64,000 nucleotides of DNA from Dehalococcoidia bacterium (GTDB lineage Bacteria; Chloroflexota; Dehalococcoidia; Lucifugimonadales; Australimonadaceae). The stretch lies in the NCBI GenBank assembly GCA_965220225.1, contig OZ244813.1, positions 1,095,560-1,159,559 on the forward strand. Reading direction: 5' to 3'. The notes below the pieces were generated by a model. That model was not told the DNA's origin, ran no database searches, and saw only the letters and a program-made list of their open reading frames with translations. Shown piece by piece: positions 63,411 to 64,000 of the stretch. The position numbers and the translations under genes were made by a program. Positions within the stretch are counted from its first letter, which is position 1. The number at the start of each line of letters is the position of its first letter.

Positions 63411-64000
63411 TTACCGGGGCTCGAAGCTGCGGATGGTGAAGCCCCGCTCCTCGTCCTCGACCTCGTCGTCGTAGTTGATGAAGAAGCTCGTGGGGTAGGA
63501 GTACCGCTCGTTGTAGTTGACGTCGATGCTGTGCGCGCCCTGGTCGATGGCGTCCTGCAGGCTGTCGAACAGCCCGGCGATGGGGATGAACCGCTCCGGC
63601 ACGGGGATGACGCCGATGCCCGGCTCAGCCGAGGTGACTGACGTGATCGCGCCGTCGCGCACCCTCATCGCCGCGGTAGCGACGTAGGTCGCGTCGCACT
63701 TGAGGCAGACCCACGCGCCGGTGAAGTCGTAGTTGACGAGGCCCTGGCGCTCCCATATGCCCCGGTGGCGGAAGAGCTGGGCCTGCTGGGAATCGACGTC
63801 CTGCACGAGGTAGACGTCCTCGAAACCGGGGATATCGATCTCCGCCTGTCCATCCTTGACCCAGGCGAGCGCTGCCACGCGGCGGGCGTAGCGGCCGTCC
63901 GGCAGGCCGGCGTCGATGAGCGGGACGTCCAGGTCGTTGAACGGCACGCCCAGCTCGTATGACGGCCCCGGAAGCTTGATGTCGACGGACTGCGAGCCGT
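63411..64000 (-). CDS. hypothetical protein; the reading frame stays open to the window edge, so it may be 5'-truncated here
   Basis: Listed ORF 63411..63947. The same frame has no stop up to nt 64000. Acidic C-terminus ...NYNERYSYPTSFFINYDDEVEDEERGF. Confidence 0.5.
   Translation of the reverse strand, partial: GSQSVDIKLPGPSYELGVPFNDLDVPLIDAGLPDGRYARRVAALAWVKDGQAEIDIPGFEDVYLVQDVDSQQAQLFRHRGIWERQGLVNYDFTGAWVCLKCDATYVATAAMRVRDGAITSVTSAEPGIGVIPVPERFIPIAGLFDSLQDAIDQGAHSIDVNYNERYSYPTSFFINYDDEVEDEERGFTIRSFEPR

Overview
This is a high-GC bacterial chromosomal window (GC judged by eye, not computed). It is densely coded, and many long antisense shadow ORFs are typical of such GC content. The gene content (many Amidohydro_2, LLM/F420-type, Rieske and MFS genes) and the GEGxG-type intergenic hairpin repeats suggest a Chloroflexota-like organism, but that is a low-confidence inference.

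Layout:
- 0-8.9 kb: housekeeping and metabolic genes (PrpD-like, SDR, proBA, amidohydrolase, Mug, ThpR).
- 9.0-12.6 kb: a stripped phage remnant with an HK97 prohead protease, an 82-aa ORF, an HK97 major capsid and an orphan beta-class DNA methyltransferase.
- 12.6-23.3 kb: a catabolic/transport block (HAD, ComF, FAH, Rieske oxygenase, LLM, cupin, amidohydrolase, 2 MFS, TAXI-like protein). It is interleaved with at least five families of short hairpin repeats that combine in modules.
- 23.3-30.2 kb: one minus-strand operon, btuCFD-like + cobO-cobT-cobS-cobC-cobU, behind a clear cobalamin riboswitch.
- 30.3-36.6 kb: a 5-gene peptide/nickel-type ABC importer.
- 36.7-43.2 kb: tRNA-Val, twin MFS genes, tRNA-Met(CAU), then MFS, amidohydrolase and LLM.
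- 43.2-48.4 kb: an accessory patch with an orphan terminase large subunit carrying an in-frame intergenic-type repeat, HigBA with a perfect palindrome, and a low-GC orphan DGQHR (DndB-like) gene next to a candidate small RNA.
- 48.4-61.7 kb: the most unusual locus. It is a tightly coupled minus-strand cluster of a roughly 2,480-aa membrane protein with three transglutaminase-like modules (split by a 1-nt frameshift), an 805-aa polytopic membrane protein, MoxR, DUF58 and a small membrane protein, with two strongly SD-preceded mini-ORFs.
- 62.0-64.0 kb: rarA and a partial hypothetical gene.

No CRISPR array, rRNA or intact transposase was seen.
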